This document shows positions 8,405 to 17,461 of a stretch of DNA of 27,338 nucleotides, piece by piece. Positions within the stretch are counted from its first letter, which is position 1; the number at the start of each line of letters is the position of its first letter. Under the pieces are notes generated by a model. The model saw only the letters and a list, made by a program, of their open reading frames with translations, was not told the DNA's origin and did not search any database. The DNA is from a virus. Taxonomy: Duplodnaviria > Heunggongvirae > Uroviricota > Caudoviricetes. The stretch lies in IMG/VR virus record IMGVR_UViG_2585427755_000009; one strand, written 5' to 3'. Both the position numbers and the translations under genes were made by a program.

Positions 8405-10297
8405 ATGCACAATACGTACATCAAAGACTATCTAGAATATTACCTTAGCCTTAAAACTGAACCTCAATACGCCATTATGCTTAAAGGTGCTTGGGGATCA
8501 GGTAAAACTTGGTTCATTGAACGAGTTCTTGAAGAATATAGGCAGAAACATTCAGAGTTCAAATTTCTAAAAGTGAGCTTGTATGGCGTCAACTCTATTG
8601 AGCAGATTGAAGATGAGTTCTATCGTCAACTGCATCCTGTCCTATCAAACAAAGCCCTTATCTTTGGTGCAAATGTACTAAAAAATACGCTTAAGGCTAC
8701 TTTCAAGATCGATCTTAATGGCGATAATAAATCTGACGTAGATGTCAATAGCAATGTTCCCACCATTAATCTTAGCGACTTTACTAGAAAACCAGATGGT
8801 TTTGTGCTGGTCTTTGATGATGTCGAGAGAGCTGGTGTAGATTTACCAATCTTATTTGGATATATAAATCACTTTGTGGAGGTAAACGGATACAAAGCGA
8901 TCTTGGTTGCCAATGAAGATGAAATAATCAATAGAGAAAAGCGAATAAATAATGATGATGAGAAATCTCGCAATGAATACATGAGAACAAAAGAAAAGCT
9001 AGTAGGTAAAACATTTGAAGTAACGTCAGATTTACATAGTGCTTGTAAGATTTTTTTGAACGTAATTAGTAGTTTGCATGTTGCTAATATATTTAAAGAA
9101 GATATGCAGACAATAGAGGACCTCTATGTGTCAGCGAATTATAATAATCTAAGACACTTGAGGCAGTTCTTTCTCGATGTACAACGAATTATTTCCCTTT
9201 TGGGAGATAAATATGTAAGTAACGATGAATTTATAAGGGTGTTTTTTCATCAATTGTTAATTTTTTCGATGGAGTACCGGGGAGGGAATCTTAGTTACGA
9301 GGATTTCAATTCAATCGGCAATGTTAATTATGGTATGTTTTTGGGTAAAGAACGTGTCAAAAGTAAGTATGACATGATTGTCGAGAAATATTCGTCTCCT
9401 GTATTAACCGAGAAGTTACTGGATGGTGCGTCTTGGAGAGAACTAATCTGTGATGGAAAGGTAACGGGTGATCTTCTTGCTCAGTTGGATATTACGCGAT
9501 TTTTTAGAAGCAGCGATTCCCAAGCATGGGAGTATTTGTGGAACTATAGAGAACTAAATGAAACTATGCTTTATGAGCAGTACGCTATTGCTAAGGATAA
9601 CCTGTTTTCAGGTAAGATCACTTCCTTAGGTGAACTTCTGATGACAGCGAGTATTTTGCTGGAAATGGCGAAAGAAGGTCTAACAACAGATGATGTTCAT
9701 GATCTCATAAATGAGACAAAACAGAATATAAATAATTATTATAATAGACTTAGAGCTGAAGATGTACATAAGGAATATGCGCAAACACATTATAACGAAT
9801 TAAGGGCATGGCGTGGTTTAGGTTTTCTTGACAGGGATAGTGATGACTTTAAGCTCATTATTGAACATATTAAAATAGAAAGGAAGAAACGGTTTGATGA
9901 TTCAATTTCGGAATTTGCATTGCAGTTCAGAGATGAGTTACAAAGGGGAAAATTATCGTTGTTATCTGAATTGAGTCATTCTAATAATAGACAGTTAAAT
10001 CTTCATGATGTACCTTTTTTACACTTAGTTCCTGCTGATGTTTTCATTGAAAGCTATAGGAAACTTGATCCAGTTATCATGAGGAAACTGGCATTTAGCT
10101 TACGGAGTCGTTATTCTGATGCGGATGCCAGAACTAGACTGATTGAAGAATATAACTGGTTGATCAACCTAAAAGATATAGCTGTAGATTTCATTAAAAA
10201 CTCAGAAAATAGCGTTTTTCAGGTCTTTCACGTAAAATTTTTCATTGACTATGTACTAACTGACGCAATCAAATTCTTTAGTGATGGGACAAATTAA
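8405..10297 (+). CDS. KAP-family P-loop NTPase
   Basis: Walker A GAWGSGKT close to the N-terminus and a Walker B-like hhhhDDVER (VLVFDDVER), the arrangement of KAP NTPases. About 630 aa, AT-rich relative to core phage genes. ATG 8405; the track start at 8354 is TTG. Confidence 0.8.
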   Translation: MHNTYIKDYLEYYLSLKTEPQYAIMLKGAWGSGKTWFIERVLEEYRQKHSEFKFLKVSLYGVNSIEQIEDEFYRQLHPVLSNKALIFGANVLKNTLKATFKIDLNGDNKSDVDVNSNVPTINLSDFTRKPDGFVLVFDDVERAGVDLPILFGYINHFVEVNGYKAILVANEDEIINREKRINNDDEKSRNEYMRTKEKLVGKTFEVTSDLHSACKIFLNVISSLHVANIFKEDMQTIEDLYVSANYNNLRHLRQFFLDVQRIISLLGDKYVSNDEFIRVFFHQLLIFSMEYRGGNLSYEDFNSIGNVNYGMFLGKERVKSKYDMIVEKYSSPVLTEKLLDGASWRELICDGKVTGDLLAQLDITRFFRSSDSQAWEYLWNYRELNETMLYEQYAIAKDNLFSGKITSLGELLMTASILLEMAKEGLTTDDVHDLINETKQNINNYYNRLRAEDVHKEYAQTHYNELRAWRGLGFLDRDSDDFKLIIEHIKIERKKRFDDSISEFALQFRDELQRGKLSLLSELSHSNNRQLNLHDVPFLHLVPADVFIESYRKLDPVIMRKLAFSLRSRYSDADARTRLIEEYNWLINLKDIAVDFIKNSENSVFQVFHVKFFIDYVLTDAIKFFSDGTN

Positions 10298-10583
10298 TAT
10301 TTTGTTGATTAACATAGGGATATATTATGAGAAGTACTAGGGATGGTCAGCAACATTATTAATGTCCGCTTCGCTCAAAGCAGGCTTTGTGCTTTGTAAG
10401 TACGTATGTTTCGTTTATCAAGCGATCATTCGGTTACTGGATTTCAGTTCCCCCGTAAGTGCATGACTATGCCGCATGAGATCGCATGATCGTTTGCGGA
10501 TCGTTTTTGCTAAGGCCCGCCAGAACTGGTGGGATTTTGCGTAGATCATGCACCTGCATGAAAACCGCTACATAAAGCGGGCA

Positions 10584-10602
10584 GGCGTGGCGGGGATACG
10601 AT
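10584..10602. other. Putative cos (cohesive-end) core of a P2/186-type phage
   Basis: GGCGTGGCGGGGATACGAT matches about 14/19 (P2) and 16/19 (186) of the cos sequences as I recall them. It lies in a 360-bp GC-richer non-coding island between two AT-rich cargo genes, where P2-family cos is expected (between the A side and Q). The comparison is from memory. Confidence 0.3.
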
Positions 10603-10659
10603 TGCGCGCGCAAGCTAAAGTGGCAATAATGAGCATGTAAGGTAAAATTCAAGGAGATT

Positions 10660-11814
10660 ATGATGTATATCTGCGAAAGTCACATTGTTGAATCAAATAT
10701 AAAAAAACTAATTTTTTCGCAAAATATACGAGGTATTTGTGCTTTTTGTTGTGCAGATACTGTTTGTTTAGATACTGATTCTTCAGAAGTACGTAATTTG
10801 TTGAAAGCTATTCTGAGATATCATTATGATGAAGTCGATTACAATACTCATTTTGGAGGGGAGTATTACCCGAGTTTTCTATTGGAAGATGATTTTATTT
10901 TCACCAAGGATATACAGGAGCATGATGAATCTTTTGGGGAACTCGATAGCGAATTGTGGGATATGGCATTTGATAGTGAGGGAATAAATATTTATGCAGG
11001 CTATGGATCTGATGGTCTATATAATACGCCATATATGTCTATCAGAAATGCACATCAGCCATTTTTAGATTCTCTGTCAAAACAGCTTTCAGAAAAGAAT
11101 TACCATGATTTTGAAGGTGAGCTAAGAAGTATTATAAAAGGTTATGGTGATATTTTTTCGAAGATAATAGAAGGAAGTTCTGTGGTATATAGAGCCAGAG
11201 TTGGGACTGCTGGCTATAAAACAGCACTTAGGGGATTTAGCCGTGAAGGAAAGAAAATATTTGTTCCATTTAAAGATAAGGAAATAGGAGCCGTGCCACC
11301 ACTAAAGGCTACTGCTGGCAGGGCTAATAGAGCAGGCGTTTCTTACCTTTATTGTGCTACAGATAGTTATACTGCAATTGCGGAAGTTCGACCTCATCCA
11401 ACAGATGTTGTTTCAATTGGTAAATTTAGAGTTGCAAAAGCATTAAAGGTATTCGATTTTTCTTATCCTAATTTTTTAGAGTTTATTGAGAGTGATGAAA
11501 GTTTATTATCCATGATACCATATGCAAAGATGGCAGGTATTTTTAATACTGCAACTCCACCTTCCTTAGAAGGAAGATATAGTGTGTCCCAACTAATATC
11601 TGATTGTATAAGGAAAGAGGGGTATGATGGTATACAATTTTCAAGTACAGTTGGTAAAGGTAAGAACTTGGTTGTTTTTAATCCTTCATGTATGGAATTT
11701 ATAGATGGTTCATCAAAAGTAATAGAAATTGACAAGGTTCAGTATATTTACGAGGAAAAGCAGGTTGTTGGTATGAATGATCAATGGGAGATTTATTACG
11801 ATGAAGTTGAATAA
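10660..11814 (+). CDS. RES-domain protein with a Cys-rich N-terminal extension (putative NAD+-targeting toxin/Abi effector)
   Basis: C-terminal half carries the three RES landmarks: GRANRAG (Arg), YLYCATDSYTAIAEVRPH (Glu) and DGIQFSSTVGKGKNLVVF (Ser). N-terminal 200 aa has CxxH...CxFCCxxxxC. AGGAG RBS; AT-rich. Confidence 0.8.
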   Translation: MMYICESHIVESNIKKLIFSQNIRGICAFCCADTVCLDTDSSEVRNLLKAILRYHYDEVDYNTHFGGEYYPSFLLEDDFIFTKDIQEHDESFGELDSELWDMAFDSEGINIYAGYGSDGLYNTPYMSIRNAHQPFLDSLSKQLSEKNYHDFEGELRSIIKGYGDIFSKIIEGSSVVYRARVGTAGYKTALRGFSREGKKIFVPFKDKEIGAVPPLKATAGRANRAGVSYLYCATDSYTAIAEVRPHPTDVVSIGKFRVAKALKVFDFSYPNFLEFIESDESLLSMIPYAKMAGIFNTATPPSLEGRYSVSQLISDCIRKEGYDGIQFSSTVGKGKNLVVFNPSCMEFIDGSSKVIEIDKVQYIYEEKQVVGMNDQWEIYYDEVE

Positions 11815-11821
11815 GTGATAA

Positions 11822-11857
11822 TAGCCCCATTGAGAATTTTCATTTCTCTTGGGGCTA
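11822..11857. terminator. Stem-loop, likely bidirectional terminator between the convergent RES-domain gene and portal gene
   Basis: TAGCCCCA / TGGGGCTA outer stem with inner GAGAA / TTCTC stem and 7-nt loop, in the 52-bp gap between convergent stop codons. Confidence 0.45.
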
Positions 11858-11866
11858 ACTTAAATA

Positions 11867-12898
11867 TTAATCAAAGCAATATGAATTGAATGTAATTAAA
11901 TCTTCACCTAGCCAATCATTGACCTCCTCCATCCTTTTTTGTAAAGGTAGCAACTCGTTTCGAACAAACACATTAGCAGCCTTCTCCACATCCCCAAATC
12001 CCCCGACATTATTTGGCATTATCCCCATCATCTGTGGCGGCACGCGGTGTGCTGCCATCATGTCATCGCGACTAACATTTTTGATATTCAGAAATTCATC
12101 CTTCGCCGCGACTTCTGACAACGGGATAATCTGAAGTCCGTCCTTTTTGCCGTTCGGCGAGTACATAAACAGGTTGCGGAAGTTGCCCGGACCTTTGGCG
12201 CTTTTCATCGCATTACGGAGGTTGTTCACATCTTCCTGGTTCTGCGCGGCATCGGTCATGTACATGATGAAGCCTGCATGACTACCGTTAATGTAATACT
12301 TCCGGCGGAACAGCGTGGCGGACTCGTTGAGCAGGGCTGACGGAATGGCAGAAAGATAACCGGGCAGGCCGTAGATCTCCTGGTTGATATCCGGTTCCAT
12401 CAGGTGAAAAATGCTGCCTTTCGTGAACTGATACGGCTGTGTAGTCATGCCGTATTGCACAAACCAGTAGGTATCCAGGTCTAACCCGCGTCGGGTGTAT
12501 TTTGCCAGAGCAGGCTCAAGGGCGATAACTTCACCGAAGCGGTTCGTGCGTTTCTCCAGGTAGGCGTTACCAAATACCAGATAGTCCTGCACAAAACGTG
12601 AAAAAGCCTGCTGGCTGAGCAGCGGGTGAGGGATGTAGGTACTGGTCAGAATGTTGCATTTCACCGCAATTGGTGAGCTGTGATGCACGGCGGCGCGGAA
12701 GGTTCGTGCCAGTCCGTCAAAGCTGACGGGCGGCTCATACCAGCGATCCATCTGTACGCATTCCACATAGTCCAGCAGTTCACGGCGGTCCAGAACAGGA
12801 ACGGGATCGCCAAAGCTGAATGCTTCGGCTGAAGTTTGGCTTTTATGCTTGAGCTGATTCGTCGCCGCAGCGCGGTTTTTCTTACTCTTTCCCATCAA
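11867..12898 (-). CDS. Q: Portal protein (P2 gpQ family)
   Basis: 343 aa, transcribed leftward together with the terminase; size and position are those of P2 Q. Confidence 0.9.
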   Translation of the reverse strand: MMGKSKKNRAAATNQLKHKSQTSAEAFSFGDPVPVLDRRELLDYVECVQMDRWYEPPVSFDGLARTFRAAVHHSSPIAVKCNILTSTYIPHPLLSQQAFSRFVQDYLVFGNAYLEKRTNRFGEVIALEPALAKYTRRGLDLDTYWFVQYGMTTQPYQFTKGSIFHLMEPDINQEIYGLPGYLSAIPSALLNESATLFRRKYYINGSHAGFIMYMTDAAQNQEDVNNLRNAMKSAKGPGNFRNLFMYSPNGKKDGLQIIPLSEVAAKDEFLNIKNVSRDDMMAAHRVPPQMMGIMPNNVGGFGDVEKAANVFVRNELLPLQKRMEEVNDWLGEDLITFNSYCFD

Positions 12899-14661
12899 AA
12901 AATCTCCACAATATTGCTGGTATTGGCGGACTCGCCCTGCAGCGGTTCGTTAAACAGTGCGTGCATTGTTGCCCAGGCCAGATCGGCGTGGCTGGCTTCT
13001 TCGCTGCGGCTGGCTTCATAGGTTGGGCGGTTGCCACTGGCGGTGGTGGCGCGACGGATTGCCATGAATGACTGCGCAATGTCGGTGTGCCCGGCGTCAA
13101 ACTCCAGACGGCGGTGGCTGATAATGTCGTAGGCCTTGAGTACCAGGGCGTTTTTAACGTTGGGGTTGTAGACGAACTCCCGGACGGCAGGAAAGAACGC
13201 TTTCACGTTCTCGTAAACCCCGTGACCGACGCCGGTTGAGTCGATACCTATGTATGTCACGTTGTACTGTTCAGTCAGTTTTTTGATGGCGTCAGCCTGG
13301 GCGCGAAAGTCCATCCCGCGCCACTGGTGACGCTCAAGAATGCGGAACTTACCGCCCGGCACGGCTGGCGGAGCCACCACCACGCACCCGGCGCTGTCGC
13401 CGTTCTGCGTACCTTTTGCCGGGTCATAACCGATCCACACCTCGCGCCAGCCAAACGGGCGCAGCGCCAGTGCATGAAAGTCAGTCCAGACTTCCCAGCT
13501 GTCCACCATGCACGCCTGCAGCTCGCTGAGCGGGAACACGGATGCGAGATCGTCCACAAACTCACACATCAGCAGGTTCTGGTATTCGTCCGGGCTGTAC
13601 TCCATGCGCAGCTGGTCGAGGTCGAACAGGTTACAGCCGCCGCGCACCGCATCTTCCACGGTGACTATCTGGCGGTACTGCCCGTCTGCGCACAGCAGGC
13701 CGGGGGCCAGATTGTTGTGGGACAGGTCGATGTCCACCTTATCGGCTTTGTTGCGCCCACGATTGAACAGCGCACCGGACCAGAACGGATAAGCACTGTG
13801 AGTCAGGCTGGATGGCGTGGAAAAATAGGTCTGTCGCCATTTCTTGTGAATCGCCATACCGGAAGCCACTTTGCGCAGCTCCTGGAATTTCGGGATCCAG
13901 AAATATTCATCCAGATACAGGTTGCCGTGGTAACTCTGGGCCGTGCGGGCATTGGTACCGAGGAAATACAGTGTGGCCCCGTTGGGAAGCACCATCGGAT
14001 CGCCTTTCAGCTCCACTTCCACTTCTTTGGCGAAGTCGATGATGTACTGCTTAAAAACGTGGGCCTGTGCCTTGCTGGCGGAAAGGAAAATCTGGTTACG
14101 TCCGGTCAGCAGGGCGTCAATCAGGGCTTCACGGGCAAAATAGAAGGTCGCGCCGATCTGGCGTGACTTCAGCAGGTTTCGGATGCGGTTGGTTTTTCCG
14201 GCTTCCCACCAGTGGCGCTGGTAGTTGAACATGGAGGAATGGAAGATTTCTTCCAGCTTCTCAATTTGTTCATCGGTGAAAACGTTCTTTTCCGGCTGAC
14301 GGCGCGGGCCTTTGTTGCGGTTGGCGACGTTAGGGTTTAAGTCGGCTTCGTTGCCGCCATTGTTAAACTTGCCGATCCGCGCGTGGCGCTCAGACTGGCG
14401 CGCCAGTAGGTCAATTTCTTTAAAGTCTTTCCCTTCTTTGTGCTCCTTCATAATGAGCTGGCAGTAGCGTGCGGCGGTGGTGAGCTGCATCTGATCCAGC
14501 GGCCCATAGTCACCCCACTTATCGCGTTTTTTCCAGCTGTGAACGGTTGCAACTTTCTCGCCCAGCATTTCAGCAATGCGGGCTACGCGGTATCCCTGAA
14601 AGTACAGCAGCATGGCCTGCCGACGGGGATCGAGATCTGCGGGTGTCAGTGTGGTGTTCAT
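12895..14661 (-). CDS. P: Terminase large (ATPase) subunit (P2 gpP family)
   Basis: 588-aa protein overlapping the portal gene start by 4 nt; P2 P-like size and position. Confidence 0.9.
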   Translation of the reverse strand: MNTTLTPADLDPRRQAMLLYFQGYRVARIAEMLGEKVATVHSWKKRDKWGDYGPLDQMQLTTAARYCQLIMKEHKEGKDFKEIDLLARQSERHARIGKFNNGGNEADLNPNVANRNKGPRRQPEKNVFTDEQIEKLEEIFHSSMFNYQRHWWEAGKTNRIRNLLKSRQIGATFYFAREALIDALLTGRNQIFLSASKAQAHVFKQYIIDFAKEVEVELKGDPMVLPNGATLYFLGTNARTAQSYHGNLYLDEYFWIPKFQELRKVASGMAIHKKWRQTYFSTPSSLTHSAYPFWSGALFNRGRNKADKVDIDLSHNNLAPGLLCADGQYRQIVTVEDAVRGGCNLFDLDQLRMEYSPDEYQNLLMCEFVDDLASVFPLSELQACMVDSWEVWTDFHALALRPFGWREVWIGYDPAKGTQNGDSAGCVVVAPPAVPGGKFRILERHQWRGMDFRAQADAIKKLTEQYNVTYIGIDSTGVGHGVYENVKAFFPAVREFVYNPNVKNALVLKAYDIISHRRLEFDAGHTDIAQSFMAIRRATTASGNRPTYEASRSEEASHADLAWATMHALFNEPLQGESANTSNIVEIF

Positions 14662-14707
14662 GGCACAAACCTACAGCCTTGAATGAAGGCTTTCCCCGCC
14701 TGCGGTT

Positions 14708-14725
14708 TGTGTGGTTGTCGGTACA
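14708..14725. promoter_or_regulatory. Candidate late-promoter activator site (TGT-N12-ACA, Ogr/B type) in the P/O divergent intergenic region
   Basis: TGTGTGGTTGTCGGTACA with partial dyad symmetry about 80 bp upstream of the O start codon. The motif is short and expected several times by chance in a window this size. Confidence 0.35.
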
Positions 14726-14803
14726 AATACCGCGCATTGTTTCACTACCCCCATCACCGCAACCATAAGGCTCCAGTAAGTTATTTCTAACGGAGCACGG
14801 CTC

Positions 14804-15637
14804 ATGACAGTGAAAGCAAAGCGTTTTCGCATCGGGGTGGAAGGTGCCACCACCGACGGACGCGAAATCCAGCGTGAATGGCTGGAACAGATGGCAGCCA
14901 GCTACAACCCGGCGGTGTATACCGCGCTGATTAACCTTGAGCACATCAAGTCTTATCTCCCGGACAGCACCTTTAACCGCTACGGCAAGGTGACGGCGCT
15001 GTTTGCTGAAGAAATCACGGAAGGCCCGCTGGCAGGCAAGATGGCGCTGTATGCCGACGTTGAGCCAACGGAGTCCCTGGTGGAACTGGTGAAAAAAGGC
15101 CAGAAATTGTTCACCTCTATGGAAGTCAGCCCGAAGTTCGCTGATACGGGCAAAGCCTACCTGGTCGGCCTGGCTGCCACTGATGATCCTGCCAGTCTGG
15201 GTACGGAAATGCTGACATTCAGCGCCAGCGCAGCCCATAACCCGCTGGCAAACCGCAAGCAGAATCCCGCCAATCTCTTTACCGCCGCAGAGGAAACGGT
15301 GATCGAACTGGAAGAAATCCAGGATGACAAACCGTCCCTGTTTGCCCGTGTCACGGCGCTGTTTACTAAAAAAGAGCAGTCCGATGACGCCCGGTTCTCT
15401 GATGTGCATAAGGCCGTGGAGTTGGTCGCCACTGAGCAGCAGAACCTGAGCGCACGCACCGAAAAATCCCTGTCTGAGCAGGAAGAACGCCTGTCTGAAC
15501 TGGAGACTGCTCTGCAGGAGCAGCAAACCGCCTTTAACGAACTGGTGAATAAGCTGAGTCATGAAGACAGCCGCCAGGACTACCGCCAGCGTGCAACAGG
15601 CGGTAACGCCCCCGCTGACACTCTGACCAATTGCTGA
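14804..15637 (+). CDS. O: Capsid scaffolding protein (P2 gpO family)
   Basis: 277-aa acidic protein with a coiled-coil-like C-terminus, immediately upstream of the major capsid gene. Confidence 0.85.
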   Translation: MTVKAKRFRIGVEGATTDGREIQREWLEQMAASYNPAVYTALINLEHIKSYLPDSTFNRYGKVTALFAEEITEGPLAGKMALYADVEPTESLVELVKKGQKLFTSMEVSPKFADTGKAYLVGLAATDDPASLGTEMLTFSASAAHNPLANRKQNPANLFTAAEETVIELEEIQDDKPSLFARVTALFTKKEQSDDARFSDVHKAVELVATEQQNLSARTEKSLSEQEERLSELETALQEQQTAFNELVNKLSHEDSRQDYRQRATGGNAPADTLTNC

Positions 15638-15653
15638 TGGAGCACAAAACCTG

Positions 15654-16712
15654 ATGAAGAAGAATACCCGCTTTGCTTTTAACGCTTACCTGCAGCAGCT
15701 GGCGCGTCTGAACGGTGTGGCAGTTGAAGAACTGTCCAGCAAGTTCACTGTAGAGCCGTCTGTGCAGCAGACGCTGGAAGACCAGATCCAGCAATCCGCC
15801 GCATTCCTGACGCTGATTAATGTCACGCCAGTGACTGAGCAGTCCGGTCAGTTGCTGGGGCTGGGTGTTGGCAGCACCATTGCCGGAACCACTGATACCA
15901 CCGCAAAAGAGCGTGAGCCTGTCGATCCGACGCTGATGGTCGATGTGGAATATAAATGCGAGCAGACCAACTTTGACACGGTGCTGACCTACGCGAAGCT
16001 GGACCTGTGGGCGAAGTTTCAGGATTTCCAGGTGCGTATCCGTGACGCCATCGTGAAACGTCAGGCACTGGACCGCATCATGATCGGCTTTAACGGCGTG
16101 AAGCGTGCGAAAACCTCCAACCGTAGCGAAAACCCGCTGCTGCAGGATGTGAACAAAGGCTGGCTGCAGAAAATCCGTGAGGATGCACCGGATCACGTCA
16201 TGGGCAGCACCACCACGGGCGGTGAAACCACACCGGGCGCAGTGAAAGTCGGCAAAGGTGGCGAATATGCCAACCTGGACGCTGTAGTGATGGATGCGGT
16301 CAATGAGCTTATCGACGTGGTCTACCAGGACGATGACGATCTGGTGGTGATTTGCGGTCGTGAACTGCTGTCTGACAAGTATTTCCCGCTGGTCAACAAA
16401 GAGCAGGAAAACAGTGAAAAACTGGCTGCCGATATGATCATCAGCCAGAAACGCATGGGTGGCCTGCAGGCCGTGCGTGCGCCGTTCTTCCCGCCGAATG
16501 CGCTGCTGATCACCCGTCTGGATAACCTGTCCATCTACTGGCAGGAAGATACCCGCCGCCGTTCAGTTATCGACAACCCGAAACGTGACCGGATTGAAAA
16601 CTTTGAATCCGTTAACGAAGCCTATGTGGTTGAGGACTACCGCTGCGCCGCACTGGTGGAAAACATCCAGATTGGCGACTTCAGTGCCGCCGCAGCAGAA
16701 GCCGGAGCGTAA
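15654..16712 (+). CDS. N: Major capsid protein (P2 gpN family)
   Basis: 352 aa; P2 O-N-M order and size. Confidence 0.9.
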   Translation: MKKNTRFAFNAYLQQLARLNGVAVEELSSKFTVEPSVQQTLEDQIQQSAAFLTLINVTPVTEQSGQLLGLGVGSTIAGTTDTTAKEREPVDPTLMVDVEYKCEQTNFDTVLTYAKLDLWAKFQDFQVRIRDAIVKRQALDRIMIGFNGVKRAKTSNRSENPLLQDVNKGWLQKIREDAPDHVMGSTTTGGETTPGAVKVGKGGEYANLDAVVMDAVNELIDVVYQDDDDLVVICGRELLSDKYFPLVNKEQENSEKLAADMIISQKRMGGLQAVRAPFFPPNALLITRLDNLSIYWQEDTRRRSVIDNPKRDRIENFESVNEAYVVEDYRCAALVENIQIGDFSAAAAEAGA

Positions 16713-16715
16713 ACC

Positions 16716-17366
16716 ATGAGCCTGAGTCCCGCACGGCAGCATCGCCTGCGCGTTCAGGCTGAACAGGCCGCCCGTGAGGGCGGCAGCGTTCGCCACGCGT
16801 CGGGCTATGACCTGATGCTGCTGCAACTGGCGGAAGACCGCCGCCGTCTCAAGGGCGTTCAGTCCACGGTGAAAAAAGCGGAAATAAAGGTGGAGCTGCT
16901 GCCGAAATATGCCGACTGGGCAGAGGGCGTCCTGGCTGCCGGAGGCGCTCAACAGGATGACGTGCTGATGTACGTGATGCTGTGGCGCATTGATGCCGGA
17001 GATTATGCCGGGGCGCTGGAGATCGGGCGTCATGCCCTGCGTCATGGCTGGGTGATGCCGCTGGGTAACCGCAACGTGCAGACCGTGCTGGCAGAGGAAA
17101 TGGCAGACGCGGCGCAGAGCGCAACGCTTGCCGCCACCGGCTTTGATGCCGATCTGTTGCTGCAGACGCTGGAGCTGACAGACGGTCTGGATATGCCGGA
17201 CCAGTCACGGGCGCGTCTGCATAAAGCGATTGGCGCTGTCCTGAGTGAAAGCAACCCGGCTTCCGCCCTTAATCATCTCAACCATGCGTTACAGCTCGAT
17301 CCCCGCTGTGGCGTGAAAAAAGACAAACAGCAGCTGGAGCGCAGACTGCGCAATGACAGCCGCTGA
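16716..17366 (+). CDS. M: Terminase small (endonuclease) subunit (P2 gpM family)
   Basis: 216 aa directly after N, as for P2 M. Confidence 0.85.
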   Translation: MSLSPARQHRLRVQAEQAAREGGSVRHASGYDLMLLQLAEDRRRLKGVQSTVKKAEIKVELLPKYADWAEGVLAAGGAQQDDVLMYVMLWRIDAGDYAGALEIGRHALRHGWVMPLGNRNVQTVLAEEMADAAQSATLAATGFDADLLLQTLELTDGLDMPDQSRARLHKAIGAVLSESNPASALNHLNHALQLDPRCGVKKDKQQLERRLRNDSR

Positions 17367-17461
17367 CAGAACGTGCCCCCGCGCACGGGCGACACGGGGT
17401 GGCGAAAGGCACAGCCACATCAAAACCCCGTCCACCGCCCTCTATTTCAGGAGAAAGCAGC

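Noticed and set aside
10467-10652. 61-aa minus-strand ORF in the GC-richer island between the KAP and RES genes
   Set aside because: No RBS and His/Ala/Arg-rich low-complexity sequence; the region is better explained as a cos/regulatory element.
8354-11814. KAP NTPase and RES-domain gene as one two-gene operon
   Set aside because: A 362-bp gap with a cos-like sequence and a separate promoter-like element separates them, so co-transcription is not supported by sequence alone. They are reported as independent cargo genes; a functional link remains possible.
13327-14166. 279-aa plus-strand ORF (and several 60-96-aa ORFs) inside the terminase gene
   Set aside because: Antisense to the terminase large subunit, with no RBS and low-complexity Arg/Ala/Gly-rich composition.
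14570-17045. Long minus-strand ORFs (330, 220 and 160 aa) overlapping the O, N and M capsid genes
   Set aside because: Antisense shadow ORFs within the conserved capsid operon; composition is typical of non-coding frames in GC-rich sequence.
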